From: Candidatus Poribacteria bacterium
GTDB lineage: Bacteria; Poribacteria; WGA-4E; WGA-3G
Assembly: GCA_963663765.2 (NCBI GenBank)
Contig: CAXXUA010000011.1
Span: forward strand, 1-64,000
Length of the DNA stretch: 64,000 bases
Direction of reading: 5' to 3'
A program made the position numbers and the translations under genes. The notes under the pieces are model-generated. The model was not told the DNA's origin, made no database searches, and saw nothing but the letters and a program-made list of their open reading frames with translations. This document shows positions 49,341 through 60,369 of the stretch, piece by piece (positions within the stretch are counted from its first letter, which is position 1; every line of letters starts with the position of its first letter).

Positions 49341-51961
49341 ATGAGTATTTTGATGGAAAACAATGATATTGAACTCATCCAGAATATATTATCAGGTGAT
49401 GAATCTGCTTTCAGTAAGTTGGTAAAAAAATACTTCAAAAGAGCGTTCATGCATTTGTATGGCGGAAAATTGGGGATTATCACATCGCAGAGGAAATCAC
49501 GCAAGATACCTTCCTGCAGGCATACAAAAAATTGCACACCCTAAAGGACCATAATTTATTTGCTGGATGGTTGTATGTCATTGCGAATCGTCGTTGTATT
49601 GCATGGTTGCGTAAGAAAAGACTGGTGTTGCAATCGTTGGATTCAACAAGTGAAGAAATACTGGAAAAAACCGCTTATGCCTACTATGTATCAGAACAAC
49701 GTGAATTTGCATCCGCTGAACGTCGTCGTGAAATTGTTGATAGTCTTCTGGAAAAGTTGCCAGATACTCAACGCACAACGATGATCCTCCACTATCTCGG
49801 AGAAATGTCTTGTCAAGCAATCAGCAAATTATTGGGTGTTTCTTTGAACACGGTAAAAAGCAGGCTTAACCGAGCACGAAATCTATTAAGACTGGAAGAA
49901 CCCATACTTCAAGAGGCACCTAACCAACTACAGGGAGACATTCTTATGGAAAACCAAACGGCATCAAATCCTGTACCATTAAGATCATTTGAAGGTGATG
50001 TTACAACTTGGGAACTCCCTGAAGGTGCGCTTGCGCGATTGGGTCGTGGCAGTGAACCGAAAATGGCGTTCTCACCTGATGGGAACTATCTTGCTATTGG
50101 TACCGGCATAGGGCTCTGGCTATATGATGTTGCTACACTTTCACCTGTAGCATTTTGGGAGGTAGAACAAGGTGTAGTCGCATCTGTAGCCTTTTCTCCT
50201 AACGGCAAATGGATAGCAGTTAACAAATCAGGTGGAAACATTAAGATTTTGGATGTCCAAAATGGTACGTGTGTGACACAGATGAAATCAGAGACCTTCT
50301 TAGAAGGAATGGTCTTTTCCCACGATAACCGTTATCTCGCTGTGGCTTATTGGAGTACTTCTGGTGTTGAAGTTTGGCATGCGGAAACCGGTAAACCGTT
50401 TGCAAAATTGACTGCAGACATTGAAAGAGGTGGTATTTACCGTCCTATTTGTTTCTCACCTGATACTCGACTGATAGCCTCTACGTGCAGCTCAGGAACA
50501 ACTGAAGATGCGGAATCTATAGTATTGTGGAACTTAGCAAGCGGTGAACAAATTGCATATCTCTCAGCGCACACCTATTTGGTAACGTCTCTCTGCTTTT
50601 CACCGTGCGGGAAGTTCCTCGCCTCCGGTGGTGAAGATGGTACTGTGTACGTTTGGGACGTTAGGACATGGCAACAGGTGCAATGTTATACTGAATATGG
50701 TGCAGTATATCGTATTATTCCTTCTTGGACACCCGATGGCATTCTCCGCGCAGCAATTGTCCATTATGATGTGACTGGACCAACAACTATCTCAGTCCGT
50801 GACCTTGAAAATGATGAGCAGCTTTACACGGATCAAGTTTGGGGCAATACCATAGATTTTTCCTACATTGGTGATTGGGGTAACACGGTAGAATTTTCAA
50901 ACGGTTCACAACTTGCGTATGAAGGCAGACATGAATTTATCAACATTAGTACTCTTGAAAATCCTGTCAAACGTCAATTCACGCATTCGCCTATTTCATT
51001 TCCAACCTCAATGGTATTCTCAAATGACGGTAAGACGTTAGCCGTTCAGCATCATCAAGAGGGTGTTGTTTTATGGGATATTGAAAGTAAACGTTCACGT
51101 TCTGCAATTAAAGAGACATCTTCAGGTAAAAACCAGTTTGTATATAAGACTAATGATGGTAAACTCTATGCTGCAAGTATCAAAGTTGACACAGTTACGC
51201 TTTGGCAAGCTGATGGTGATGGGACCCCTTTTATTGAAGCATCTGGACGCTTATACTGGGGCGCGTTTCCTGCATTATCACCAACAGGTACACTATTCGC
51301 CTATGCTGATGAAGATGGTAACATACATGTTTGGGATGTGAATAGTGGAAAAAAACTATATGAATTAACACATCCCCTTGAACCGAGTGATAACAACGTT
51401 GACGATGACGAAGATGATGGTGACTTTGTTTATGAGTTGGAATTCAGTCATGATGGAAAATTACTCGTAAGTGTTTCAAATGCAAGAAATGTCAGAGTGT
51501 GGGACATGGAACTTGGACAAGAAATAGAATTGTTACCAGATGGTAGAGTTACGGGATTTCGGTTTTGTGAGTGTGGACAGCACCTTGTTTGCTTTAGCGA
51601 TGAAGTTATTCCATATTGGGATGTCTTTAACCGAGAATTCTGTGAGGATGATACATGCCTATATGAATCGAAACAGATTGAAATTGAATCGAGGTTGTCA
51701 CTACCCAAAGAGTATGAATATATTGAAAAACCGGTATTTACTACATGTGGACAGTACATTGCATTTATAACATCGTGGAACAAGGTTTCAAAGAGTTTTC
51801 CAATCTGTCTGTTTGAAGTGGAGAGTGGTAATCATCTTATCACCTTTAGGGGACACAGCACAGAGTTGAATGCACTTGTTCTTTCTCCAGACAACAAGCT
51901 TTTGGCCAGTGCGAGTCATGATGGTACTGTCCTGCTTTGGGATTTCGCTCCTTATCTGTGA
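49341..51961 (+). pseudogene. ECF sigma-WD40 fusion with a frameshift at ~49424-49435 (pseudogene or recoded gene)
   Basis: DIELIQNILSGDESAFSKLVKKY in one frame continues as QKSVHAFVWRKIGDYHIAEEITQDTFLQAYKKL in the -1 frame. Confidence 0.85.
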
Positions 51962-52049
51962 TCGTCAAAAATCATAAAGATATGACTTTTTTAAACCTTT
52001 TACCCCAAAACCCTCCTCTATACAATAAAACTGGCTCAGGAATTTGTTT

Positions 52050-54749
52050 ATGTACAACGATTTTCTTGTTTTCAGTGACCTAACAGATGAAGAATTAATT
52101 CGGCTTGTTCAAAACAGGAATGAGAAAGCTTTTGTCGAGCTGATGTCCCGTTGGACACCACGAATTAGGGGTGTCATTGTAGCGAATTCACGACAACGTC
52201 GAGACGCTGAAGAGATTCACACTGACATCTGGGTAGCTGTATGGCAAAACATCAGAGAACTCAGAAATGTAGATAGTTTCGGTGCCTGGTTGCATCGTAT
52301 TGCCTACAACGCTTGCAAGCGATACTACACTGTGGCAAGACAATCACGCAGTGAAGTTCCATATCAACATTCTGTGATTGTTGAAAACATTGACCTATAT
52401 GCTGCAGCGCGATATAGAGAAGCACAATTGATTGCTGATGTAAAAGAAGCTGTTCATAACTTACCAGAAAAGGTGCGTTCTGTAGCGGAATTGTTTTATT
52501 TAGATTCGTGGAGTATTAAAGAAATATCGGAGGAATTTGATTTTGCTATTGGTACAGTTAAAACGAAATTAAGAGAGATACGAAAACTCCTGCGTGAGGA
52601 ATTTAATGCAGAACCGATAAGAGGAGACGTTATGTCTTCAAAAAATGTTGAATCACACAGTCCAATTCAGCTTGAGACAAATAAAACCAAACCAAGCCAA
52701 ATGCCCGCACAGCTGAATGTTGTTGCGAACGATCCTACAGGGAATACCTGGGCACTACCAGAGGGCGCAATTGTGAGGTTTGGTAAAGGGAACGACGAAG
52801 ATCTTAAGCTTTCACCTGATGGAAAGTTTATTGCTGTCGGGACTCGGTTAGGGCTATGGTGGTATGATGTTTCCTCAATATCACCTATTTCGTTATGGGA
52901 ACTGGGTAAAGGCTCCGCCAGTTCCATTGATTTTTCACCAGATGGCAAATGGATCGTCATATATACAGGGAACAAAACCCTCAAGGTAATGGATATAAAA
53001 AGCGGAGAGTGCGTCATGCAGATTGATTATCATGATGCCTATAACGATCTTGTATGTTCATCAAATGGAAAATGGGTGGCGACAGCATCTATGAAAGGCA
53101 TTGTAAAGGTGTTGGATATCCAAACTGGTGAGTGCATCGCACAGATGGATCGTGGAGAACACATACGGCAATCAAACGATATTACCAACCTTCAATTTTC
53201 CCCGGATGGTAAATTGCTTGCCGCGCATGCTGGGAACCCCAAACTTTATTCAAACAACGACGAACTCTTGAATCCTGATACAGAGGGACCTCAAATTTAT
53301 ATTTGGTGCCCTCAAACGGGTAAGATGATACTCAAGTTTGCAGGACAAGAATTTACCTTCTCTTCAGACAGTCGCTTGTTAGCGGTTACATGTCCTGACG
53401 AAACCTTGAACGAAGACGAAAGCGTTGACCGTTGGGTTTCAGTATGGGATGTAACATCAAGGGAACTCCTCACACAATTTACAGGACATGACGATTGGAT
53501 AGATGCAGTCGCTTTTTCACCTTGTGGACAACTCGTTGCATCAAGTGATGGGGTCCTACGGTTATGGGATATTGCAACAAGTTCAGAAGTAAAGTTTTTT
53601 CCGGACTTTCCGGACTTTAACAATTATTTTTTCGCAGAGGATGGAGAACTGTTTGCAGTAATAATTCCTAATTCACCTAATTTGTCTATTGAAATATGGA
53701 ATGTAGAGCATCGTGAAAAGATATTTGAGATATCTGATATTGATGGTTTGGCATATTCTTTTGCCCGGGTCTATATAGAACACGTGGTTAAAACAGCATC
53801 CTACAAACAGACAGATGCCCAAATACCGGCGTTCTCAAGAATGCAAGAACCTCAGTTCCCCCCGTGGATCGTGCTGCAGATAAATTGGTTAGATGACCAG
53901 ATACTTGTGAGCAATGATGTCAAAGGAATAGTGTTGTGGGATGTCGACAAGAAATGTTACCGAGATACAGTGTCCATAGATGGCTGGCTGGATGCTATCA
54001 CCGTTCTACCCTCTGGTAAAATGCTGGTTTCTTATTTTCCTGATGAGGATAGCATGTGTGTTGCCAGCATACCTGATCAACTAATTGCTGAGTTCACTTT
54101 TCCTGATGAACTATTGGAATTGAATCGTTATCGCGCATTTGCACCGACTGGTGAGTATGTTGCGACAGGAAGTAGTGAAGGCACAGTCTATGTGTGGAAT
54201 CTCAACCAACCTGAGCACCCCATACGTCTCAAGGGACATACAGATTACGTTTACAGAGTTGCGTTTTCGTGGGATGGGAAACGACTCGTGAGTGGGGCAA
54301 GTGACGAGACTGCCCGTGTGTGGGATGTGGGATTAGGCAAAGAAATTACCAGATTGCCTATGGACGAGTCTTGCACAGTGTGGGGATTTGTGTTCTCACC
54401 CTGTGGTAGCCTTATCGCGGGATCCTTGGATAATGAGATTCGTTTGTGGTGCGCTAAGCAGTTCACAAAGGTCCTTTCAATACCGCAACCGGAGAAGAAC
54501 AGGCAGACTTATCCACTTGCATTTTCACCGTGCGGTCAGTACCTTGCAGCAGCGACTTCGTGGCCGGAGGGTTCGGAAAATATTGCAGCAATTCGGATAT
54601 GGGATGTCGCTACAGGTGAACAAATTCATGCTTTCCAGGGACATAACTCACTCGTGCAATCGCTTGCGTTTTCACCGAATGGTACAATGTTAGCGATTGG
54701 TTGTAACAATGGTACAATCCTGGTGTGGGACTTGAGACCGTATCTATAG
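52050..54749 (+). CDS. ECF sigma factor fused to WD40 repeat domains
   Basis: Sigma domain closely similar to that of 45906; WD40 part more divergent. Confidence 0.9.
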   Translation: MYNDFLVFSDLTDEELIRLVQNRNEKAFVELMSRWTPRIRGVIVANSRQRRDAEEIHTDIWVAVWQNIRELRNVDSFGAWLHRIAYNACKRYYTVARQSRSEVPYQHSVIVENIDLYAAARYREAQLIADVKEAVHNLPEKVRSVAELFYLDSWSIKEISEEFDFAIGTVKTKLREIRKLLREEFNAEPIRGDVMSSKNVESHSPIQLETNKTKPSQMPAQLNVVANDPTGNTWALPEGAIVRFGKGNDEDLKLSPDGKFIAVGTRLGLWWYDVSSISPISLWELGKGSASSIDFSPDGKWIVIYTGNKTLKVMDIKSGECVMQIDYHDAYNDLVCSSNGKWVATASMKGIVKVLDIQTGECIAQMDRGEHIRQSNDITNLQFSPDGKLLAAHAGNPKLYSNNDELLNPDTEGPQIYIWCPQTGKMILKFAGQEFTFSSDSRLLAVTCPDETLNEDESVDRWVSVWDVTSRELLTQFTGHDDWIDAVAFSPCGQLVASSDGVLRLWDIATSSEVKFFPDFPDFNNYFFAEDGELFAVIIPNSPNLSIEIWNVEHREKIFEISDIDGLAYSFARVYIEHVVKTASYKQTDAQIPAFSRMQEPQFPPWIVLQINWLDDQILVSNDVKGIVLWDVDKKCYRDTVSIDGWLDAITVLPSGKMLVSYFPDEDSMCVASIPDQLIAEFTFPDELLELNRYRAFAPTGEYVATGSSEGTVYVWNLNQPEHPIRLKGHTDYVYRVAFSWDGKRLVSGASDETARVWDVGLGKEITRLPMDESCTVWGFVFSPCGSLIAGSLDNEIRLWCAKQFTKVLSIPQPEKNRQTYPLAFSPCGQYLAAATSWPEGSENIAAIRIWDVATGEQIHAFQGHNSLVQSLAFSPNGTMLAIGCNNGTILVWDLRPYL

Positions 54750-54768
54750 ACAACAAGGAGTAAACATA

Positions 54769-56829
54769 ATGCAAAATCGTAGACCTGCAGAGCTTAATGT
54801 TGTTCCGAACGACCCGACTGGGAATACCTGGGCATTACCAAAAGACGCAATTGTGCGATTTGGAACAGGGGATCAGAAGTCTGCTAAACTTTCCCCCGAT
54901 GGCAGGTATCTTGCCGTTGGCACTGGGATAGGTCTATGGTGGTATGATACCACGTCTATGTTGCCGATCTCGCTCTGGGAAACGGAAAGAAATATTAGTT
55001 CAATTGATTTCTCTCATGATGGCAGACAGATTATGATTTGCAATTGGGATCGTATCATTAAGGTCATGGATGTTCAAACTGCTGAATGTATTTATGAAAT
55101 GGAAGTGCAAGGTTCAAATTTCACCTTATCATCAAACAGCAAGTGGATTGCATCATCTGATGGGCAAGGAATTGTTAGAGTACATGATATACAGAAAGGT
55201 GAATTTTTAGCACAGATGGATCGTGGAGAACATAAATGGAAGTCAAACGATGTTTCTCAGCTTGATTTTTCACCAGATGGCAACCTCCTTGCTGGCACTG
55301 CACAAAATCAAAAATTCTGGTCGCCTGACGATGACCGTGTGCTTATCCCCGACAGAGAAGGCGAACAAATATACCTATGGAATCCAGAAACAGGGGAGTT
55401 AATACTCAAATTTGCGGGCAACGATTTTGTCTTTTCGGAAGATAGTCGTTTGTTGGCAGGCGCATCTCCGGATGATTCCCATTCCTCCAGTGATGTAGAA
55501 CGTATTGACCACTGTGTCTCGGTGTGGGATATTAAAAACAGGGAACGTATTGCCCACTTCACAGAACATGACGATTGGGTACAGGCTATCACTTTTTCAC
55601 CGTGTGGCAAGTTCATCGCTTCATGTGATGAAACGCTGCGAGTATGGGAACTGGCAACCGGCACGCAAATGATGGCGTATGAGAAGTGCTATGATTCCTT
55701 CTACTCCCCGGATGGTGTGTTATTTGGGTTTGTATTTGTTACCGATGATACGATAGAGGTTTGGAACATAGATTCTCAGCAAAAAGTGCTGGAACTACCT
55801 CAAAGTATTAATTTTCAGTTCGCAAAAGGTTGGGTTTTCGTCTACATGCAAGAACATCAATTTCAAATCGCTGAAATAATTGCTAACAAACAAATAAATA
55901 GCATACAGTGGACACATCCAATAGAACATAAAATTCATTTTGCCACACCGGACCCATTGGTAGTTTGGGTAGATGATCAGACTCTTGCGAGTGGGAGCCT
56001 TAGGCAAGGTATCGTGTTATGGGATATTGTGGAAAAACGGGTTCGTGAAAGGTTGTTAGATGGAGAATATATCCATATCTTCACAGTTCTACCTGATGGT
56101 AAAATGTTAGCTGCTTTAGTAAGTTCTCTTTACGAACCGACTAAGGTGTGGGATGTAGCAAATCCTGAAAAACCCATCACTGAGTTCCATACAAATTTGT
56201 GGTGGGAAAGGCACCAAGCGTTCACTGCCGCAGGCGATCTTATGGCTGCAGGGAGTAACGACGGACCAGTTTATATCTGGAACTTACAGCAACCTGAACA
56301 TCCAGTACTTCTTACGGGACATACAGATTCCATTGAGGTAGTGGTGTTTTCCCCAAATGGAGGGATGCTTGCGAGTGGGGCATTTGACAATACTACACGT
56401 TTGTGGGATGTTGCGTTGGGCAAAGAAATTGGCACATTGCCTGTAGACGTGCCTCTTACAACAAGGTCAATAAAATTCTCTCCTTGTGGTAACATAATAG
56501 CTGGAGGATTGGGCAGCGAAATCCGTTTGTGGTGTGCTGAGAAAATTACAACAATATGCACAATTCCACAGCCAGACAACAACCAACGGACTTATGCACT
56601 CGCTTTTTCACCGTGTGGAAAATATCTCGCATCGGGAACATGGTGGGAGAAGGGCATGCAAAAAATGGCTATCCGTTTATGGGACGTTGCTACCGGTGAA
56701 AATATCCATACTTTCTGGGGGCATAACTCAGATGTGCAATCGCTTGCGTTTTCACCAAATGGGGCAATGCTTGCAAGTAGTAGTTTTGATGGTACAATCT
56801 TAATCTGGGATTTGAAACCGTATCTGTAG
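54769..56829 (+). CDS. WD40 repeat protein (no sigma domain)
   Basis: AAGGAG RBS; begins at the equivalent of the fusions' internal Met; TWALPKDAIVRFG. Confidence 0.9.
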   Translation: MQNRRPAELNVVPNDPTGNTWALPKDAIVRFGTGDQKSAKLSPDGRYLAVGTGIGLWWYDTTSMLPISLWETERNISSIDFSHDGRQIMICNWDRIIKVMDVQTAECIYEMEVQGSNFTLSSNSKWIASSDGQGIVRVHDIQKGEFLAQMDRGEHKWKSNDVSQLDFSPDGNLLAGTAQNQKFWSPDDDRVLIPDREGEQIYLWNPETGELILKFAGNDFVFSEDSRLLAGASPDDSHSSSDVERIDHCVSVWDIKNRERIAHFTEHDDWVQAITFSPCGKFIASCDETLRVWELATGTQMMAYEKCYDSFYSPDGVLFGFVFVTDDTIEVWNIDSQQKVLELPQSINFQFAKGWVFVYMQEHQFQIAEIIANKQINSIQWTHPIEHKIHFATPDPLVVWVDDQTLASGSLRQGIVLWDIVEKRVRERLLDGEYIHIFTVLPDGKMLAALVSSLYEPTKVWDVANPEKPITEFHTNLWWERHQAFTAAGDLMAAGSNDGPVYIWNLQQPEHPVLLTGHTDSIEVVVFSPNGGMLASGAFDNTTRLWDVALGKEIGTLPVDVPLTTRSIKFSPCGNIIAGGLGSEIRLWCAEKITTICTIPQPDNNQRTYALAFSPCGKYLASGTWWEKGMQKMAIRLWDVATGENIHTFWGHNSDVQSLAFSPNGAMLASSSFDGTILIWDLKPYL

Positions 56830-56847
56830 GATACATAGAGATTTTTG

Positions 56848-58836
56848 ATGAACAACAAAATATCATCAATTTCCGCAGCAGTAAGTGTTAAAGGAGGCGA
56901 TGTGACGACCTGGGCACTTCCCGAAGGTGCAATTGCCAGATTCGGACGCAGCGATGTAAATGATATTGCATTTTCGCCAAATCGAGAGTATCTTGCAGTT
57001 GCCACAGACATAGGGATTTGGTTGTATACATTACCTACACTATCCCCTGTAGCGTTATGGGATACGGAAAACGGGCATACCGAAGTAGTCACATTTTCAC
57101 CTGATAGCAGTACAATTGCTGTTTACAGTAACAATGAAGAAACTTTAAAGATTTGGGATATTCAAACAGGGGTTTGCATTGCACAAATGGAAGATTCATA
57201 TCAACCGGGTAGTTGCCGCCCGATCTTTTCACAAGATGGCAAGTACCTTTTTGGTCGGTCTCTCAAGTGGTGTGTGCAAACCGGTGAATTATATGACGAA
57301 ATTGAATTATGGCACCCACACTCTACAAATGTCGCTGACTCTTTCACCTATTCTTTAGATGGAAGTCTGGTGATAGCAGAGAGATTTGATTTCAATAATG
57401 ATCACACAGAGATTGTTGTATGGGATGTGGAGTCTGGTGAACAAATTACCTGCCTCAGTGAAAAATGTGAAAGACACGATTTAGTATGGTTGAATCCCTG
57501 CTTTTCGCCGTGTGGATGCTACCTTGCCATCGGTGATTCTCATGGAAAAATCAGGGTTTGGGAACTAAAAAGTGGAACTTTAGAAAAAACATATACTGAC
57601 TTCGGAGACGCGAAGATGTATCCATGCTATACACCAATTGGGAATCTGCTTGCTGCCGGAATATTTGAGCAAAAGGTCGAACTATGGAATATGGAAAGAC
57701 ATGATAAATTTGACGAATTTGAAATTAACGGTGAATATGTTTCACGACATCGTGTCCGTTTTTCAGGCGATGGCACACGACTTGCGGTGTCAATACCAAA
57801 CGAATTCTCCCTCTGGACAGATGAAAAGAATGGATGTCATACACTAACTATACTTAATGGACATACAGACACTGCAGATTGCGTTGCCTTCTCATCCGAT
57901 GGAAAAACATTAGCAGCTGCATATTGGGATGCGAATGTCATTTTATGGGATGTGAAAAGGAAGCGTGCACAAAGCCGGGGTGGAGAAAAACTGCGGGGAA
58001 CAGGACATGCTGTTTATCTATCTGCTAGTGGTGAATTTATTTCTACGGGTGGAGATGATCAAGATACACTATGGATTTCAGAGATTGGAAATCCTAAACC
58101 AGTAGCAGAATTTACTGCCCCTTGGATAGGGACAAATTATTCTAAGGCATACTCGCTTGCCGCTCAAAGGTTAGCAAGTTCCGATGGTGAATATAATATC
58201 CACGTTTGGGAGTGTATACAGTCTTCCCGAAGTGAAACAGAGGGACAGGGTTGGAGGAAACATACTACGTTCATCGGACACACAGCACCTGTTAGGTCGT
58301 TGGCATTTGGTCCGGATGGAAAACAACTCGCGAGTATATCATGTTCAATAGAAGATCAAAGTACCCGTAACGCCCGATTGTGGGATATTAATGATTGCAA
58401 GCAAATTGCAGATTTATCACTACCCTCTTTTTTGAATCAAATGGAGTGTTTTCGTGAATGGGCTATGGGAATAGCGTTTTCACCGTGTGGCGATTTAATT
58501 GCCGCCGGACAGTGGGGCGAGATTGTGTTATGGAATGCGACAACTGGTCAAATACACATGACGTTACAACAACCGGAAGACAGTCAAAGACCCATTACGT
58601 TGTGCTTTTCACCGTGTGGAAAATATATAGCCTCTGGTGCATGGTGGCAACCGGAGTTAAAACTGGTATCTATTCGATTGTGGGAAATTGCGAGTGGTGA
58701 AAATATCGCTACTTTTTGGGGACATACGACCGATATTCAGGATCTTCACTTTACATCTGATGGTGCTGTTCTCGCTAGTGCTGGACATGATGGTGTAATC
58801 TATCTTTGGGATCTGAAACCATTTATCGGTTCTTAA
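56848..58836 (+). CDS. WD40 repeat protein (no sigma domain)
   Basis: DVTTWALPEGAIARFG; GH...WD repeats. Confidence 0.9.
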   Translation: MNNKISSISAAVSVKGGDVTTWALPEGAIARFGRSDVNDIAFSPNREYLAVATDIGIWLYTLPTLSPVALWDTENGHTEVVTFSPDSSTIAVYSNNEETLKIWDIQTGVCIAQMEDSYQPGSCRPIFSQDGKYLFGRSLKWCVQTGELYDEIELWHPHSTNVADSFTYSLDGSLVIAERFDFNNDHTEIVVWDVESGEQITCLSEKCERHDLVWLNPCFSPCGCYLAIGDSHGKIRVWELKSGTLEKTYTDFGDAKMYPCYTPIGNLLAAGIFEQKVELWNMERHDKFDEFEINGEYVSRHRVRFSGDGTRLAVSIPNEFSLWTDEKNGCHTLTILNGHTDTADCVAFSSDGKTLAAAYWDANVILWDVKRKRAQSRGGEKLRGTGHAVYLSASGEFISTGGDDQDTLWISEIGNPKPVAEFTAPWIGTNYSKAYSLAAQRLASSDGEYNIHVWECIQSSRSETEGQGWRKHTTFIGHTAPVRSLAFGPDGKQLASISCSIEDQSTRNARLWDINDCKQIADLSLPSFLNQMECFREWAMGIAFSPCGDLIAAGQWGEIVLWNATTGQIHMTLQQPEDSQRPITLCFSPCGKYIASGAWWQPELKLVSIRLWEIASGENIATFWGHTTDIQDLHFTSDGAVLASAGHDGVIYLWDLKPFIGS

Positions 58837-58887
58837 GGCATATATGTTGATTTAACTCAGTTCAAAAAAATAATGGAGTGTTTACTG

Positions 58888-60159
58888 ATGTCAAACATTT
58901 CAGATGAAAGATTGATAGTCGCGGCAGTAAAAGATCATGATACCGATGCATTGGAAGAACTGAAAGATCGTGTAATAAACGGTGAATATGGGATACGGGC
59001 TGCAATTAGAATACCCTGTTCTGAAGTTGAGAAAAAAAGGATTGAACAGCATATTGTAGAGAATATTGTCAAGAATTTGCATAAGCATGGATTTATAGGG
59101 TCAATTCAGTCCTATGGATTCCGAATTGCGACTCATTTTTCTATCCAATATCGGGATCACAAAGAATATAAACTGTCTGACATAGAAAGTTCGGAAGAGA
59201 AAGCGTTACAACCTGAACCATCATCATTAAACGATCTGCACAAGAATGTTAAGCTTCCACCACTGGAGGAAATTGACCTTGAGATAAGGACACTTGTGAG
59301 TTTACTAAATCAATTTCCCCACATAAGGACAAATGGAAGTTCTTGTAGTGGTCATCCAACTCGAGAAGATCCTGATCCTTATGGAGGATATATTGGGATT
59401 GCCTCATTCGGTAACGGAAACATACTCACAACCATGCGTTTTATTGTTGATCTGTTAATGCTGTTAGATAATTCCAATATGCCAGAGAAAAATGCATACT
59501 TACCAACTCCACTCCGAATAGCGCGTGATACACAGAATGATAATGCGACTTCTAACGAAGCAAAACGTGAGCGATTTAAACAGGTTCATGCAGAAAACTT
59601 GGACAGTTCAGGTATACCAATTATTTTAGTATATGTCTCTTATCGTTTTTATGTTTGTCATCCGGAAGTGAAGCAGTCTTTAGAAATTTGGAAACTGCTG
59701 CTTGCATGTGTTAAAGAGATGATCCCAGAAGATGAGGAACTTACAACCGAAGTTGACACACCAGAGGAAGCAATGCATCTGTTGACAAAATCATTGCATA
59801 AGCTGCCTTTTATATTTAGTGCTACAAACAGAACAAGTCTTGAAGGTTTTCCCGGTATTGCCTTGAATGCAGTAGTAGATTTTAATTTATACCTGTGGTT
59901 TAACACATTAGTTAATGGACTACATGAACGTCTTGAAGAAGCGGGATATACAAGTTTTCAAGATTCTGCAGGTAATATATCTTATGCTGAGAAGTTTCGA
60001 TTTACTTTACGTCCATTTCTAAATCAGGAATTGATCCCGCTTCCGCATCTGTTAACTCCGAAGTGGGAACCACGAACTCCTGCAGACCATCTAAAGATTT
60101 GGCAACTGCTTGAGTTAGCGGTTTCGGAACAGCTTGAAAACGATAATTTGATTACTTAA
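58888..60159 (+). CDS. Hypothetical protein with degenerate sigma-like N-terminus and a Tyw3-like motif
   Basis: SDERLIVAAVKDHDTDALEEL; IDLEIRTLVSLLNQFPHIRTNGSSCSGH. Confidence 0.55.
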   Translation: MSNISDERLIVAAVKDHDTDALEELKDRVINGEYGIRAAIRIPCSEVEKKRIEQHIVENIVKNLHKHGFIGSIQSYGFRIATHFSIQYRDHKEYKLSDIESSEEKALQPEPSSLNDLHKNVKLPPLEEIDLEIRTLVSLLNQFPHIRTNGSSCSGHPTREDPDPYGGYIGIASFGNGNILTTMRFIVDLLMLLDNSNMPEKNAYLPTPLRIARDTQNDNATSNEAKRERFKQVHAENLDSSGIPIILVYVSYRFYVCHPEVKQSLEIWKLLLACVKEMIPEDEELTTEVDTPEEAMHLLTKSLHKLPFIFSATNRTSLEGFPGIALNAVVDFNLYLWFNTLVNGLHERLEEAGYTSFQDSAGNISYAEKFRFTLRPFLNQELIPLPHLLTPKWEPRTPADHLKIWQLLELAVSEQLENDNLIT

Positions 60160-60369
60160 TTGATCAATTATGGTAAATTATGGAATTAATTACACACTTG
60201 CACAGGTAGGAGCGACCTCCCGGTCGCGACCGTATGGAGACAATGCATCAAAGCATTCCCGATCGGTAAGTCAAGAAATCAACGGTATGAATACCTTAAT
60301 GGCATTCCCCGAATCGCTCCTACCGAATACAATAGAGAAAATCATTGGACATCTAACAAAGCAGTTAAG

